Source: Candidatus Aenigmatarchaeota archaeon (GTDB taxonomy: Archaea; Aenigmatarchaeota; Aenigmatarchaeia; CG10238-14). From it: 64,000 nt of DNA. The position numbers were made by a program, and so were the translations under genes. Shown here one piece after another: positions 29,920 through 39,888 of the stretch. Where the stretch lies: NCBI GenBank assembly GCA_018304545.1, contig JAGVVZ010000003.1, forward strand, positions 32,987-96,986, given 5' to 3'. Each line of letters starts with the position of its first letter. Within the stretch, counting starts at the first letter, position 1. The notes under the pieces were generated by a model. The model was not told where the DNA came from. It saw only the letters and a program-made list of their open reading frames with translations, and did not search any database.

Positions 29920-30408
29920 ATGCAAAGGTTGAAATTAACTGAAGATTTTGAAGAAGGGCTAAGATCAAAAGCTCAACAAAGTCAACCTTATCACACTCAA
30001 AATTACCTGAGTTTATATGAAATTATATTAGAAGAAGCTCTCAAATGTCAACTTTACGAAATGGGAGTTAACCTTCTGGAAGCTGCTTATCTCCGCATAT
30101 CTGGTCATGATAAGCCTAAAATACCTGAAGCAGTAGATGCGTTAATTAAAGCCGCTAATCTTCCTTTAAAAGGATATGGTTTAGTTACAGAAACTGTTGG
30201 AAATTTGAGAAAAAGAGATGATATCGGGAATTTATTGACTGAAGAGCCTTATGGTTCAGAATGGATAACGGCGCAAAAATTATATGATGAGGTTTTGACC
30301 CAAGAAGGTTTTGGGAAGTTTGTAGGAGATATAATCACAGAACTAACAAGGACTTATCTAATACAATTATTCACTGAGTCGTTGTCAGAAGAAAAACATG
30401 AAAATTGA
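29920..30408 (+). CDS. Hypothetical protein (orphan)
   Basis: 162 aa, GTGAT RBS-like motif upstream. Confidence 0.5.
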   Translation: MQRLKLTEDFEEGLRSKAQQSQPYHTQNYLSLYEIILEEALKCQLYEMGVNLLEAAYLRISGHDKPKIPEAVDALIKAANLPLKGYGLVTETVGNLRKRDDIGNLLTEEPYGSEWITAQKLYDEVLTQEGFGKFVGDIITELTRTYLIQLFTESLSEEKHEN

Positions 30409-30449
30409 TTTCTAAATCATTCTATTATTTACAATGATTATTCAGAATT

Positions 30450-32537
30450 TTATCTCTTCTTTTGCTCTCTCATTGCCTTTTGTCTGATCTCTTCGATCAT
30501 TTTCTTTCTTGCTTCTTCCATCTTCGGATCTGCTACTTTCTTCTGAACCTTTCTTTCTGCCTTAACTTCTTTCTGAACTGGCTCAGCCTTCACTTCTACG
30601 TAATCTTCATGAGCCGGCAAATAATCATCGACTTTATGTGCGCTGCCCTTTATTCTTGTTCCCCTTGGATAGAACTTGATTACCAATGCCAATCCTACCA
30701 AAGCAACAATTACATACCATCCTTTGGCCAATAATGTCGATGCAAACAAGAATGCACCTGTTGGCAGGCTTGATTTCTCTTCAGGGACTGTTGTTGCATT
30801 TACTGTAACTTGTTCGACTGTAGTTGTTGTTGCTACCGGTTTAGCTTTGACTATCAAATCAATGCTCTTCTCATATGTTGTTGTGCTTGAACCTGAAGAT
30901 GCCTGTAATGTGACAGCATATGTTTTTGCAATTGCCGTCTCTGGAACGTTAATCGTTAATGCGACTGGCTCACTTCCGCCATAAGCCAAACTATCAATCT
31001 TTGATGGTTCGAATGAATACCAAGTTGTCAATATGCCTTTAGCAGCAAACACTACATTATCCAAAGATGGTCTATGTTTCGTAGTGAATTTGCCGGAAAC
31101 TGTGACAGATGATCCTGCTTCAACTTCAGTTGATTTTGGAAAGTCGGTAAAGCCTGTTGTATCTGTTTCAGATCCCTTTGTAACTGTTAATCCACCACCA
31201 GATGAAGATCTGCTTGAGCTGCTGGATGAAGAGCTACTTGAACTTGATCCTCCTGAACTGCCGCCAGATGAGCCTCCACTGCTTCCGCCAGAGCTACCTC
31301 CTGATGACTGAGTTGTTGTGGTTGTCGTTGGCTCGCCTACCAGATATGCTGAGAAGCTCGTAACATTAGCTGTTATATAATCTCCGTCCAGAGTTGACGT
31401 GATCTTTGACCACTCTGAAGTGCAAACATTGGTATCTGGGTTGTAATTAGAACATTTGTACAAAGATATCTGGTTCTCGCTTCTGAATGAAAGATCCTTG
31501 TATTTCATTCTTAGATGAATGTTTGAAAATTCCACGCCGTTTGGCAGTTCAACATAAAATGCCCTGTAAACAGATAATGTGCTCAATGACGGCGAGACTG
31601 CATCTATTTTCAAATTGGCTTTTGTACCCAATGAGGATACGGTTGTATTTTTCAGCATGAAAATGAATTTGTCGTTGTCAAATCTGGCCTTGAAATCAAC
31701 CTTCGGGCTTGACGTGCTCATCGAACCCGTGCCGTTTATTGTCAGCGAAGACAAAACATTTGTTGTACCTGGAGACAATAAGTCAATATTCAAAGATCTT
31801 GAAACCTTCCCGTTTGTGACGTTCAAAGAAACGGATTGTGATGGGCCTGAGCATTGTCTCACCCCTCCAATAGACTTGCATACTCCTTTCGGACCGTATA
31901 CTTCCCTGCAGCAGAAATCACTGCATGATTCTGCAAATGTTGGATTGTTGCTGGTGCATGAATATTTTCTATAAACACCATTGTAGCAGCCATTCAACGT
32001 TCTCAAATCCTGACAATTGTCTGCATCTAACCCGCATGACATTATCGTGTTCTTGCACTCTCGAACAGGTTGATTGACTTCTGTTTCTATGAAGAAGTTG
32101 ATTGCACCGTCAGGGAGAGGCAGTCCGTTTTCACATGAACCGCTTAACAACAAAGTTCCTGCTTTTTCTCTTCTTATGTCGACATTCAAATTGAAAGGTG
32201 TTTTATCCTGGTTTGCTGCCATATTGATTTCTAATGGAAAAACGATATTCTTTAATGATGATGTCACATTTATTCTCAAGGTAATAGCCTGAGTATTGGA
32301 ATTTTTAATCTTCAAAGGATATTGGATTATGCCAGAGGCCTCGTCCGGAAAGTCGTTTGAATTGACTTTTATTATGCCTCCATAGTAGTTGACAGGCACT
32401 CCAAACTCATTGTATATTGTTGGATTGCCGCATGCTACTGACTCAGCGCTCTTAGTTACAAGGGAGAGTGAGACTATTAATGTTAAGAACGCCAATGCAA
32501 AAGTCGATATTAATAGTCTCTTCATGTTTTCTATCAC
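30450..32537 (-). CDS. Modular surface protein: shared Ig plus Cys-rich N-module, Ser/Gly linker, Ig-like domain, PTG motif and TM
   Basis: Signal peptide; N-terminal about 200 aa paralogous to 34398-36818; C-terminal domain paralogous to 25287-27545. Confidence 0.8.
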   Translation of the reverse strand: MIENMKRLLISTFALAFLTLIVSLSLVTKSAESVACGNPTIYNEFGVPVNYYGGIIKVNSNDFPDEASGIIQYPLKIKNSNTQAITLRINVTSSLKNIVFPLEINMAANQDKTPFNLNVDIRREKAGTLLLSGSCENGLPLPDGAINFFIETEVNQPVRECKNTIMSCGLDADNCQDLRTLNGCYNGVYRKYSCTSNNPTFAESCSDFCCREVYGPKGVCKSIGGVRQCSGPSQSVSLNVTNGKVSRSLNIDLLSPGTTNVLSSLTINGTGSMSTSSPKVDFKARFDNDKFIFMLKNTTVSSLGTKANLKIDAVSPSLSTLSVYRAFYVELPNGVEFSNIHLRMKYKDLSFRSENQISLYKCSNYNPDTNVCTSEWSKITSTLDGDYITANVTSFSAYLVGEPTTTTTTQSSGGSSGGSSGGSSGGSSGGSSSSSSSSSSSSRSSSGGGLTVTKGSETDTTGFTDFPKSTEVEAGSSVTVSGKFTTKHRPSLDNVVFAAKGILTTWYSFEPSKIDSLAYGGSEPVALTINVPETAIAKTYAVTLQASSGSSTTTYEKSIDLIVKAKPVATTTTVEQVTVNATTVPEEKSSLPTGAFLFASTLLAKGWYVIVALVGLALVIKFYPRGTRIKGSAHKVDDYLPAHEDYVEVKAEPVQKEVKAERKVQKKVADPKMEEARKKMIEEIRQKAMREQKKR

Positions 32538-32555
32538 TTAGATATTTTACTATTA

Positions 32556-32572
32556 TCACTATTTGATAGTTA
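32556..32572. promoter_or_regulatory. Candidate palindromic operator
   Basis: tcaCTAtttgaTAGtta between TATA (atttaaat about 32576) and the 32537 gene start. Confidence 0.45.
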
Positions 32573-32774
32573 AATATTTAAATCTTATATAATATGTTTG
32601 GTTTTGGCAAGAAAAGACATATTATAACTTTCTAAACAAAATAAAAGAATTTTCTACCTTATTTAAATTTTTTTCCTATTGATAGAAAAATCTGTATCTA
32701 TCCAACAGTAATGACTTAATTCCCAATAGAAATGAATCTGATCATATATCATAACAAAGTTTATATATTAATTT

Positions 32775-32791
32775 TTACTATTTAGTAGTAA
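32775..32791. promoter_or_regulatory. Candidate palindromic operator
   Basis: ttaCTAtttagTAGtaa just downstream of tttatata box of the 32815 gene. Confidence 0.5.
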
Positions 32792-32814
32792 ATTATATTA
32801 TTACTGGTAATTAT

Positions 32815-33987
32815 ATGATTTATTGGATCGAAGAATTAATTGAACTTCTTTTACCACGAGTTGTTGGAATAAAAAAGACTAGTGAGTTGTATTCTCGGGC
32901 AGTAAAGTATTCGAATAGAGGATCACCTGAAATGGTTTCTGGTTTGATGCATCTGATCGATCAAAAAGGCAGAAGATATAATGTAGATATCAGAAAATAC
33001 ACACAACATGAAAAAGTGCTTTTAGCTAGGGCTCATCTAGAAGCTGCTAGAATATATGCGGATGTGGCGTTTGGTAAATGCATTGAAATGTACGGGAGAG
33101 AAGGATCGGCTGTATTTGCAAGAATTGGTGTGGGCGATGGCTTCTGGGCCGGAGCTGATGGGCATGTTTATGTCAGAAATTATAAAGGCAATCTCCAAAG
33201 TAGTGGACGACGTGCAAGTAATGATCTAGAACTTAGAGCCCAAAAAGCAGCTGAAACAGGATACGATCCTGTCACATTAGGTATAGCAAGAGAACATGCT
33301 GAGAAAGCAAGGATATGCATAAAAGATGCTGCAGTGCCTGAAGAATACAGAAGAGGCTTTCTAATAGAACTTGCCAGAGTCACTACTCAGAATTTTGCCA
33401 CACAACTCGACGTGATTGTTTATGTAGAAGGAAGAGAAATAAAACATGCTATTGTTCCATCTCTTTTAAGGCAATATGCCGATAAAGGATCTCCTTATGA
33501 AGGTAGAATTGCTGAAGAAGTTAGAGGAATAAGAAGAGGACTGAGATACGCTGAAAGAGTAGCTGAAGAAAGAAAGAAATTTTTGGCTCGGGCTATTTTA
33601 GCGTCTATTGAAGCAATGAAAAAAATGGCCAGCACAACAACAGATGGATCAACAGTTGATAAATCGAATGTAGATTCTCCTACAAGCAGTACTAAACCTT
33701 CTTCTAGTATTTCTTATCATGAAGTTTATCTTCCATTATATAGACCGCCTCTTGATTTAAACCACAGACCCGAATATGAACCACGTGTTACAAAACCACG
33801 TAACCAATACAGTCCAAAACCGCCACACCATCTTCAGATGAGTCCTTCTGCTTCTCGTGTACAAACAAGAAGAGAAAAGGGACATATAGGACACGGCCAA
33901 CGACGTAATGTAAGAAGAGGTAATTTCGAACAACACAAAAACAGAAGTGTAAAATTAGAAGGTAAAGAAAAAAGATTCAGAATATAG
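32815..33987 (+). CDS. Hypothetical protein, Arg-rich with disordered basic C-terminal tail
   Basis: 390-aa ORF with its own TATA box. Confidence 0.55.
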   Translation: MIYWIEELIELLLPRVVGIKKTSELYSRAVKYSNRGSPEMVSGLMHLIDQKGRRYNVDIRKYTQHEKVLLARAHLEAARIYADVAFGKCIEMYGREGSAVFARIGVGDGFWAGADGHVYVRNYKGNLQSSGRRASNDLELRAQKAAETGYDPVTLGIAREHAEKARICIKDAAVPEEYRRGFLIELARVTTQNFATQLDVIVYVEGREIKHAIVPSLLRQYADKGSPYEGRIAEEVRGIRRGLRYAERVAEERKKFLARAILASIEAMKKMASTTTDGSTVDKSNVDSPTSSTKPSSSISYHEVYLPLYRPPLDLNHRPEYEPRVTKPRNQYSPKPPHHLQMSPSASRVQTRREKGHIGHGQRRNVRRGNFEQHKNRSVKLEGKEKRFRI

Positions 33988-34369
33988 CTAAACTGGATTT
34001 GAACAATGTGGTAATCCTTGGATCCAATGAAACAGCTATAACAAAATAAACCAATAGATAAATGACCAGCGTCATTGTCATCATTTCCAATTTGCTAAAA
34101 TTTTTTCTTCTCATAACGATTGGTATAGAAACTAATAAGAAAATTTCTGCGAAAAAACTACTTACCGAAAACCAAAAATAAATTTTTTTCAATGTTTCTG
34201 GAAAATATGAAATGTCTTCTTTCACATTCCCAAAAACATCTAATACAGAACTAACTCTTAATATATCCTGAGTAACATCCTTAACAAAATGAATTAAAAC
34301 TAAAATAAAAATAAATGGCAAGAGCATTCTCCAGATTTTATAAATTGCTTGCTGCTTTTTCATATACAA
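33977..34369 (-). CDS. Hypothetical 3-TM membrane protein
   Basis: IHFVKDVTQDIL motif, three hydrophobic helices. Confidence 0.6.
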   Translation of the reverse strand: MYMKKQQAIYKIWRMLLPFIFILVLIHFVKDVTQDILRVSSVLDVFGNVKEDISYFPETLKKIYFWFSVSSFFAEIFLLVSIPIVMRRKNFSKLEMMTMTLVIYLLVYFVIAVSLDPRITTLFKSSLAIF

Positions 34370-34397
34370 GAATTATTATTCTATACTATTCAAAGCA

Positions 34398-36818
34398 CTA
34401 ACATCCATCAGCATTTCCGCATTGCACCCATCTGACTGTCCTTAAAAGCAAGGCGTCTCCATCTGATGTGAAACTGGTGAAAGGGTTGGATTTGTAAACC
34501 CATCCCACATAAGCATACCTGCCTCTCGTTCCTGATGCATCCACTTTAAACATCGTTGACGCTGTATTTGTCAGCAGGTTTGCTAAATTGGTTGATCCTG
34601 AATTAAGACGTGTTGATATCACTCCTGCTGTAATCGTATTAGAGTTAGTTACTTGAATTGTGCTGTTAAATGGTGATGTGATCGGATCTGCAACCATCTT
34701 CTTAATATTTTTCCCCGTCTCCTTGAATCCTGAATAAGATGATACGTATCCAAACGTCTTTCCCGCTCTGACATATTGATAATCAGGAACTTCCAAAAAT
34801 CCCAATCTTCCTGTTTTATGCTTCATGAAAGGTGCTGTGTACGACCTCAATGCGCAACCTTTGCCTGCGGATGAGCAGACCATGAAATCATAATTATCCA
34901 ATGCGGATAGAGTCCATTTAGTTTGTGACTTGCCGACAACTGTGTATCCTTCACTCCTCAGCCACTCCATCAATCTTAGCTCGCTTATTTCGCTGCATGA
35001 ATTATCACCGCAAATAAAAGCAACTTTCTGTTGTATCAAAGGCAGGATCGTGATCGTGGTGGAATATGGATCTGATTCCAGTTCTCCATCGTTCACTTTC
35101 AATATGACAGTATAATCTCCCTGATTTGCATAAACATGAGTGATGATCGGTGTGGTTGTCCATCCTGATGTGGAGCCGTCGCCGAAATCCCAGAAATATT
35201 GCAATGATGCATTCTCAGGATCTTCGGATGAACTCGCGTCAAACGTGATGCTTTGACCGACATATGCAATAGACGATGGAATGGTTGTATAAGAAGCTTG
35301 AGGTGGATCATTGCCTTGTGAGTTGCTAAGACATGAATCGCCACAAGATGCCCACGTAAATATTCTATCCAGCAGATCGTTTCCTTCTTGAGTCATAGCT
35401 CGCATCGAAGATTTGTAGAACCAGCCGACATAAACAAATCTTCCCCTAGACACAGATTCTGGAACTTTGAATAAAGTTGATTTGCCTGCACTCTCTTCAA
35501 CGTCTGCCAAATCTTTAACAGACGATTTCAAAAAGTAATCGGCTAAAACGACAAACACTGTATCGCTATTAAAGATCGGCACGCGAGATCCGAAAGGTTT
35601 TGTAACAACATCTTTCGTATCTGTTACGATCAGATCGGATCCTGTAGTCAGGACCGTATAGAAGTTAGAAGTATAATCAAACTTGAATGCCTGGCCAGCA
35701 TATCTGTAATCCGCCACTTCCACAAACGGCATGCCTTGGAATTTGTGCTTATTATAGATTACAGATCCCGGCTCTGCCTTGCATGCCGTGTTCTCATCCG
35801 TACATACCATCACATCATAACCGTCTAGCTCGGATCCCAACCAAGCATTATATGCCTTGCCTGTCACAAACCATCCTTTTGATGTGAGCCAATTCTTCAA
35901 ATCCCCTTCTATGCCTTCCGTGCATGTGTTATCCTTGCATATCAACGCGATCTTTCCTTTGAACGATGATGGATCCAAACAGCTACCATCAGAACAAATG
36001 TTTGTTCCACAGCTCTCCTGAAGAACTAAATGCTTGCATCCGTCATTGCCCACAGTACATGAATAGACGTTATTGCCGTCGCACTGATTTGATGTGAACG
36101 AGCACTCGTCTACACAACCGGCTGGACCTACGCAAGTGCTGATGCCATTGATGCTTTGGCACGAAGCCTGGCTACCATAATACTGTTGGCAACAGAAATT
36201 ACTGCAAGACTGGGAATATTTCGGCTTGTTCTGCGAGCATGAATAGACTCTGTTGTAGCCCTGGTTACAGCCGTCATACTGCGTCAGATCTTGACAATCC
36301 GGATATACCCCGCAAGAGAAGCGATTGTTGGAGCAGGTTTGCGGTGCTGCGTTGCCCCGGCCTTGCAAATTGAATGATATGAAACCTTCAGGTACTGGCA
36401 CGCCGTTTTGGCAAGTGCCTGCTATTGCTAATGAACCTTGTTTGCTTCCGTCATCTACGTAGACATTCAGCGTAAAATTCCTTCTCTCTTTCGAAGCTAA
36501 CGTAACTGTAGTACCGTAAACATAATTGAACAGGCTGGACGATGGATCTATTTCGAATGTCATACTTTGCAAGCTTGGATTATACGCGGTCAGGTTGAAT
36601 GGAACCAGTTTGTAAATGGAAGGGAATTTCGTGCCATTGACAAAAATCACTCCCCCATAGTAATTGACCGGTGCACCAAACTCATTGTATATCAGCGGAT
36701 TGGAGCATGCCACTGCCTTCGCTGAGTTCATAGATAGCAGTGCTATAATAGAAAACACTGCGAATAGCAGAACGATATTTTTAATGTTCGTAAACCTAAC
36801 AAGATCTAGATTTTTCAT
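34398..36818 (-). CDS. Secreted modular protein: shared N-module, Cys-rich repeats, two alpha/beta domains flanking a PKD domain
   Basis: Signal peptide; FDASSSEDPE...YFWDFGDG (PKD); duplicated KIALIC.D..C...GR..YVGW.YKS domain; no C-terminal TM. Confidence 0.8.
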   Translation of the reverse strand: MKNLDLVRFTNIKNIVLLFAVFSIIALLSMNSAKAVACSNPLIYNEFGAPVNYYGGVIFVNGTKFPSIYKLVPFNLTAYNPSLQSMTFEIDPSSSLFNYVYGTTVTLASKERRNFTLNVYVDDGSKQGSLAIAGTCQNGVPVPEGFISFNLQGRGNAAPQTCSNNRFSCGVYPDCQDLTQYDGCNQGYNRVYSCSQNKPKYSQSCSNFCCQQYYGSQASCQSINGISTCVGPAGCVDECSFTSNQCDGNNVYSCTVGNDGCKHLVLQESCGTNICSDGSCLDPSSFKGKIALICKDNTCTEGIEGDLKNWLTSKGWFVTGKAYNAWLGSELDGYDVMVCTDENTACKAEPGSVIYNKHKFQGMPFVEVADYRYAGQAFKFDYTSNFYTVLTTGSDLIVTDTKDVVTKPFGSRVPIFNSDTVFVVLADYFLKSSVKDLADVEESAGKSTLFKVPESVSRGRFVYVGWFYKSSMRAMTQEGNDLLDRIFTWASCGDSCLSNSQGNDPPQASYTTIPSSIAYVGQSITFDASSSEDPENASLQYFWDFGDGSTSGWTTTPIITHVYANQGDYTVILKVNDGELESDPYSTTITILPLIQQKVAFICGDNSCSEISELRLMEWLRSEGYTVVGKSQTKWTLSALDNYDFMVCSSAGKGCALRSYTAPFMKHKTGRLGFLEVPDYQYVRAGKTFGYVSSYSGFKETGKNIKKMVADPITSPFNSTIQVTNSNTITAGVISTRLNSGSTNLANLLTNTASTMFKVDASGTRGRYAYVGWVYKSNPFTSFTSDGDALLLRTVRWVQCGNADGC

Positions 36819-36985
36819 GTTTTATTAATAGGAGAAACAATATAACTCCTTATTCTGAATGGAGATAGAAAAAGGTTTTATACAAAATGAAAATTATCAA
36901 AAGACATTAGTTCATATTTTAATGTTAATTACATTTTGAAAGAATCAGAAAAATCCTCATTCATAAAAAAATAAAAGATTAGCGC

Positions 36986-37012
36986 TAACCTTCCCGCGGT
37001 TATATTGCTCTT
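36986..37012 (+). repeat. Direct repeat copy R1 (most diverged)
   Basis: taaccttcccgcggttatattgctctt, preceded by an A-tract. Confidence 0.85.
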
Positions 37013-37065
37013 GTTATTGTATAGGTATAGAAAACTTTATATATTAGATATCATGATTTTAAATT

Positions 37066-37575
37066 ATGTTAGAAAGGAATGTTGCATTGAAGACGAGGGG
37101 ATGGAATACTATTAGTGATATCTCCGATAAACTGCATGTCAAGATAAGCACTGCTTATGTTTATGTTCATAGACTGGATAAGATGGGTTTTGTGATTCAG
37201 AGGATAAAGAAGCCAAGAGGCACCATGTATTTGATTGATTCAATTCCTGGCCTATCCAAAAATCGCGGCATGTTAGAAGATACCGATATTGTTGTATCTG
37301 AAATGGAGTTTGCAAAAAACAAAATTTCAAATGAACATAAAATAGCTTATTTTCTCTCACAATACAAGAAGGAAGAAAACAAGAGATTTTACGATTCTGC
37401 AAGGACAATTATCAGATCGATTAAAAACTGGAAGAAGCTGTACAGATATCTCAAAGCTTACGAGGTTTTGGGTGAGTTCAAGATGCTCTATCAGGAAGCA
37501 AGGAGAGAAATGAAAAAAATCCCCAGGATGCCGGACAGATATAAAAAATTGTTGAGTGTTGACCATGCTGGCTGA
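37066..37575 (+). CDS. HTH-domain protein, putative antitoxin partner of the nucleotidyltransferase
   Basis: TISDISDKLHVKISTAYVYVHRLDKMGFV winged HTH; overlaps the next gene. Confidence 0.7.
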   Translation: MLERNVALKTRGWNTISDISDKLHVKISTAYVYVHRLDKMGFVIQRIKKPRGTMYLIDSIPGLSKNRGMLEDTDIVVSEMEFAKNKISNEHKIAYFLSQYKKEENKRFYDSARTIIRSIKNWKKLYRYLKAYEVLGEFKMLYQEARREMKKIPRMPDRYKKLLSVDHAG

Positions 37576-38218
37576 TAAAGAATTTCTAGAAAAACTGTTA
37601 GACTACATAGGCAAGAAATTAAAACATGAGGTGAGAGGATTGCTCATAGGCGGAAATGCAATGATGTTTTATGATTTGAGAGGTCAAACCAAAGATTTGG
37701 ACATCGTTCTTTATGATAAAAATGACGTGACCGGTATAATCCAAATAATCAAAAATCATCCTTTGTTCAGAAAAACTGAGATTACAAAAAAACTTCCGTA
37801 TAAAATAAAGCCTGAATTGAAAGAGGGAAACCCAACTGTATTTTCAAATGGCGATATGCCGAGGTTTGATTTGTTTTACAAAAATGTCTTTTCCATTGAC
37901 ACAGAGCAAATGCATCAACTTGCAAAAAGAAGCATCAGGTTTGATTTGCTTACTCTAAAACTAGTTGAACCAGAACACCTGATATTTTTGAAAGCTGTTA
38001 CTGGAAGATCCGTAGATAGAGAAGATATAGTCAGATTGACGAAAAATCTGGACATAAATTGGAATCTGTTCTTGCAGTTTGCTCTGGATTATTATGAAAA
38101 GGACGAAAAAGCGGTTTGGTTTGTACTAGATACACTTTATGACATATATGAAAAGGAGAACTTGATACCTGAGTTTGTAATAAAAAAAATAGGAAGCAAA
38201 TTCGACCTAAAGAAATAA
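37565..38218 (+). CDS. Nucleotidyltransferase (DUF6036/AbiEii-like)
   Basis: LLIGGNAM...RGQTKDLDIV and LIFLKAVTGRSVDREDI motifs. Confidence 0.8.
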   Translation: MLADKEFLEKLLDYIGKKLKHEVRGLLIGGNAMMFYDLRGQTKDLDIVLYDKNDVTGIIQIIKNHPLFRKTEITKKLPYKIKPELKEGNPTVFSNGDMPRFDLFYKNVFSIDTEQMHQLAKRSIRFDLLTLKLVEPEHLIFLKAVTGRSVDREDIVRLTKNLDINWNLFLQFALDYYEKDEKAVWFVLDTLYDIYEKENLIPEFVIKKIGSKFDLKK

Positions 38219-38302
38219 TACCGCTTGTGGTTGGTAAGTTTATTGTTCACAGTTTATAAACATTTTGTTCATAAAATGAAAACACTTTAGAATTACATAA
38301 TT

Positions 38303-38350
38303 AAAAAAGAAAAAATCAAACTTAACCTTCTCGCAGTTATATTGCTCTTA
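38303..38350 (+). repeat. Direct repeat copy R2
   Basis: aaaaaagaaaaaatcaaacttaaccttctcgcagttatattgctctta. Confidence 0.9.
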
Positions 38351-38427
38351 GCACCTCGTAAAATTTATTCCTACAGTCCGATTGAAAAGAGACTTCATGA
38401 GTAAAATTTAGAAATAATGTCCCGTCC

Positions 38428-38706
38428 TTATATTTTTGCAAAAGACTCTGCTCTTTTTATAATTTCCTCTCTTTTATTCGGGTTCAAAGAAATTTGCAAC
38501 CCATAAGAAGTTGGTTTGGACAATATTAATCCATCTTTTATTAATTCTCTAGTCATATCTACATATCTTCCACTCAAGTGTGCTGGTATTCCTTTTTTCA
38601 CTGATTCTATTGCCGTGTGCTTCCCTCCCCAGAATTTTTTCCAATGTAGTTTGAACAGAATGTGATTCTTGATTTGCTCAACTGTCGGAGAACCTTCTGC
38701 TGACAT
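38428..38706 (-). CDS. Small winged-helix-like protein
   Basis: WGGKHTAIESVKKGIP...ELIKDGLILSKPT...ISLNP. Confidence 0.65.
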   Translation of the reverse strand: MSAEGSPTVEQIKNHILFKLHWKKFWGGKHTAIESVKKGIPAHLSGRYVDMTRELIKDGLILSKPTSYGLQISLNPNKREEIIKRAESFAKI

Positions 38707-38796
38707 CTAAATATATTTAGCATTACCATATTAAAAGTTTATTTAAACATACTTTCAAAGATTAATTTTAAATACATATAAAATATAAGATAATTC

Positions 38797-39123
38797 ATGA
38801 AAGAAGAATCTGTATTAATAGAGTATTTTGGGGACAATCCGGTAATAAGAATAACCGATTTTTTGATAGAAAATAAAATATTCGACTATTCCAAGAAACA
38901 AATTATGGAAGAAACTGGTTTATCCAAAGCCACATTGTTCAAATACTTCCCCAAAATTGAAAAGGCTGGCATAACAAAAGCATCGAGGAAGTTTGGAAAA
39001 ACAACTCTATACAAGATTAATGATGAAAACCCTGTTGTCAAAAAAATAATAGAACTTGGGCTAGAATTAGCAAACCAGGGAGTTCTGAGTTCTCAAAGAA
39101 GACACACACCTATCAGAACTTAG
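38797..39123 (+). CDS. Winged-helix DNA-binding protein
   Basis: FGDNPVIRITDFL...DYSKKQIMEETGLSKATL...RKFGKTTLYKIN. Confidence 0.75.
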   Translation: MKEESVLIEYFGDNPVIRITDFLIENKIFDYSKKQIMEETGLSKATLFKYFPKIEKAGITKASRKFGKTTLYKINDENPVVKKIIELGLELANQGVLSSQRRHTPIRT

Positions 39124-39166
39124 AAACAAAACGAACTAAGAAAGGAAATTTTTCATAATCTTAATC

Positions 39167-39200
39167 AAAAAAAAGAAAAAGTCAAACTTAACCTTCTCGC
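39167..39200 (+). repeat. Direct repeat copy R3 (truncated after the spacer)
   Basis: aaaaaaaagaaaaagtcaaacttaaccttctcgc then tgtttt instead of agttat. Confidence 0.85.
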
Positions 39201-39298
39201 TGTTTTCTGACAAAATTTCCCCTTAAATCTAAAGCTATGAAAAGTTTATATATACATAATATATATATGGTATACATAAACAATATGAGGCAGTAATA

Positions 39299-39535
39299 AT
39301 GGTTCAGGCTGTTGTAAAAATAAATGAAAGAGCAAACAGGGTTCTGAATATCGTAAAAGCTAAATATGGTTTAAGAACCAAGTCCGAAGCAATAAACATA
39401 GTGACTGAAAGGTATGAAAGCCAGCTTCTAGAACCAGAATTAAGACCCGAATACATAAAAAAATTGAGAAGAATAGAGAAAGAGAGCACTCTATCTGAAG
39501 AAGAGTTTAAAAAAAGACTGAAAGCTGAATTTTGA
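39299..39535 (+). CDS. Antitoxin (DUF2683-like)
   Basis: ANRVLNIVKAKYGLRTKSEAIN...EPELRPEYIKKL; overlaps the toxin gene. Confidence 0.8.
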   Translation: MVQAVVKINERANRVLNIVKAKYGLRTKSEAINIVTERYESQLLEPELRPEYIKKLRRIEKESTLSEEEFKKRLKAEF

Positions 39536-39798
39536 TGCTTGTTGTTGAATATTCCAAAGAACTGACTAGAAAATTGGAAAAATTACAAAAGAAGGATAAA
39601 ACTGCCTTTGAATTTATTATCAGAAAAATAAAAGAAATCCGTGAACAACCTGAACATTATAAAACATTAAGCCACGATATGAAAGGTTACAGAAGAGTTC
39701 ATGTAATGAAATCCTTTGTTTTGGTTTTTAGAATCGATTACGACCAAAATAAACTGATCTTTATTGATTTTGATCATCATGATAAGATATACAAATAG
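39532..39798 (+). CDS. relE: RelE/YafQ-family toxin
   Basis: PEHYKTLSHDMKGYRRVHVMKSFVLVF...DFDHHDKIY. Confidence 0.85.
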   Translation: MMLVVEYSKELTRKLEKLQKKDKTAFEFIIRKIKEIREQPEHYKTLSHDMKGYRRVHVMKSFVLVFRIDYDQNKLIFIDFDHHDKIYK

Positions 39799-39826
39799 AA
39801 AACAATCTGGAATTCCGTGTCTCAGT

Positions 39827-39853
39827 CAAAAAAAGAAAAGAAAAAAGAAAAAA
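39827..39853 (-). terminator. Poly-T terminator tract of the 374-aa gene
   Basis: Long A/G tract on + strand (oligo-T on -) about 20 bp after the stop codon. Confidence 0.55.
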
Positions 39854-39888
39854 CCAAATTTAACCTTCTCGCAGTTATATTGCTCTTA
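39841..39888 (+). repeat. Direct repeat copy R4, the native 3' end (codons RAI*) plus downstream region of the 374-aa gene
   Basis: aaaaaagaaaaaaccaaatttaaccttctcgcagttatattgctctta; stop codon at 39875-39877. Confidence 0.9.

Noticed and set aside
38320-38342. Canonical integron attC or archaeal dif site
   Set aside because: RYYYAAC and GTT boxes are only 9 bp apart (attC sites are much longer hairpins), and the geometry is not the 11-6-11 dif layout. Retained only as a generic tyrosine-recombinase-like dyad.
36986-39888. CRISPR array interpretation of the four direct repeats
   Set aside because: Spacing is 0.7-1.3 kb and contains whole genes, no cas genes are present, and one copy is a coding 3' end.
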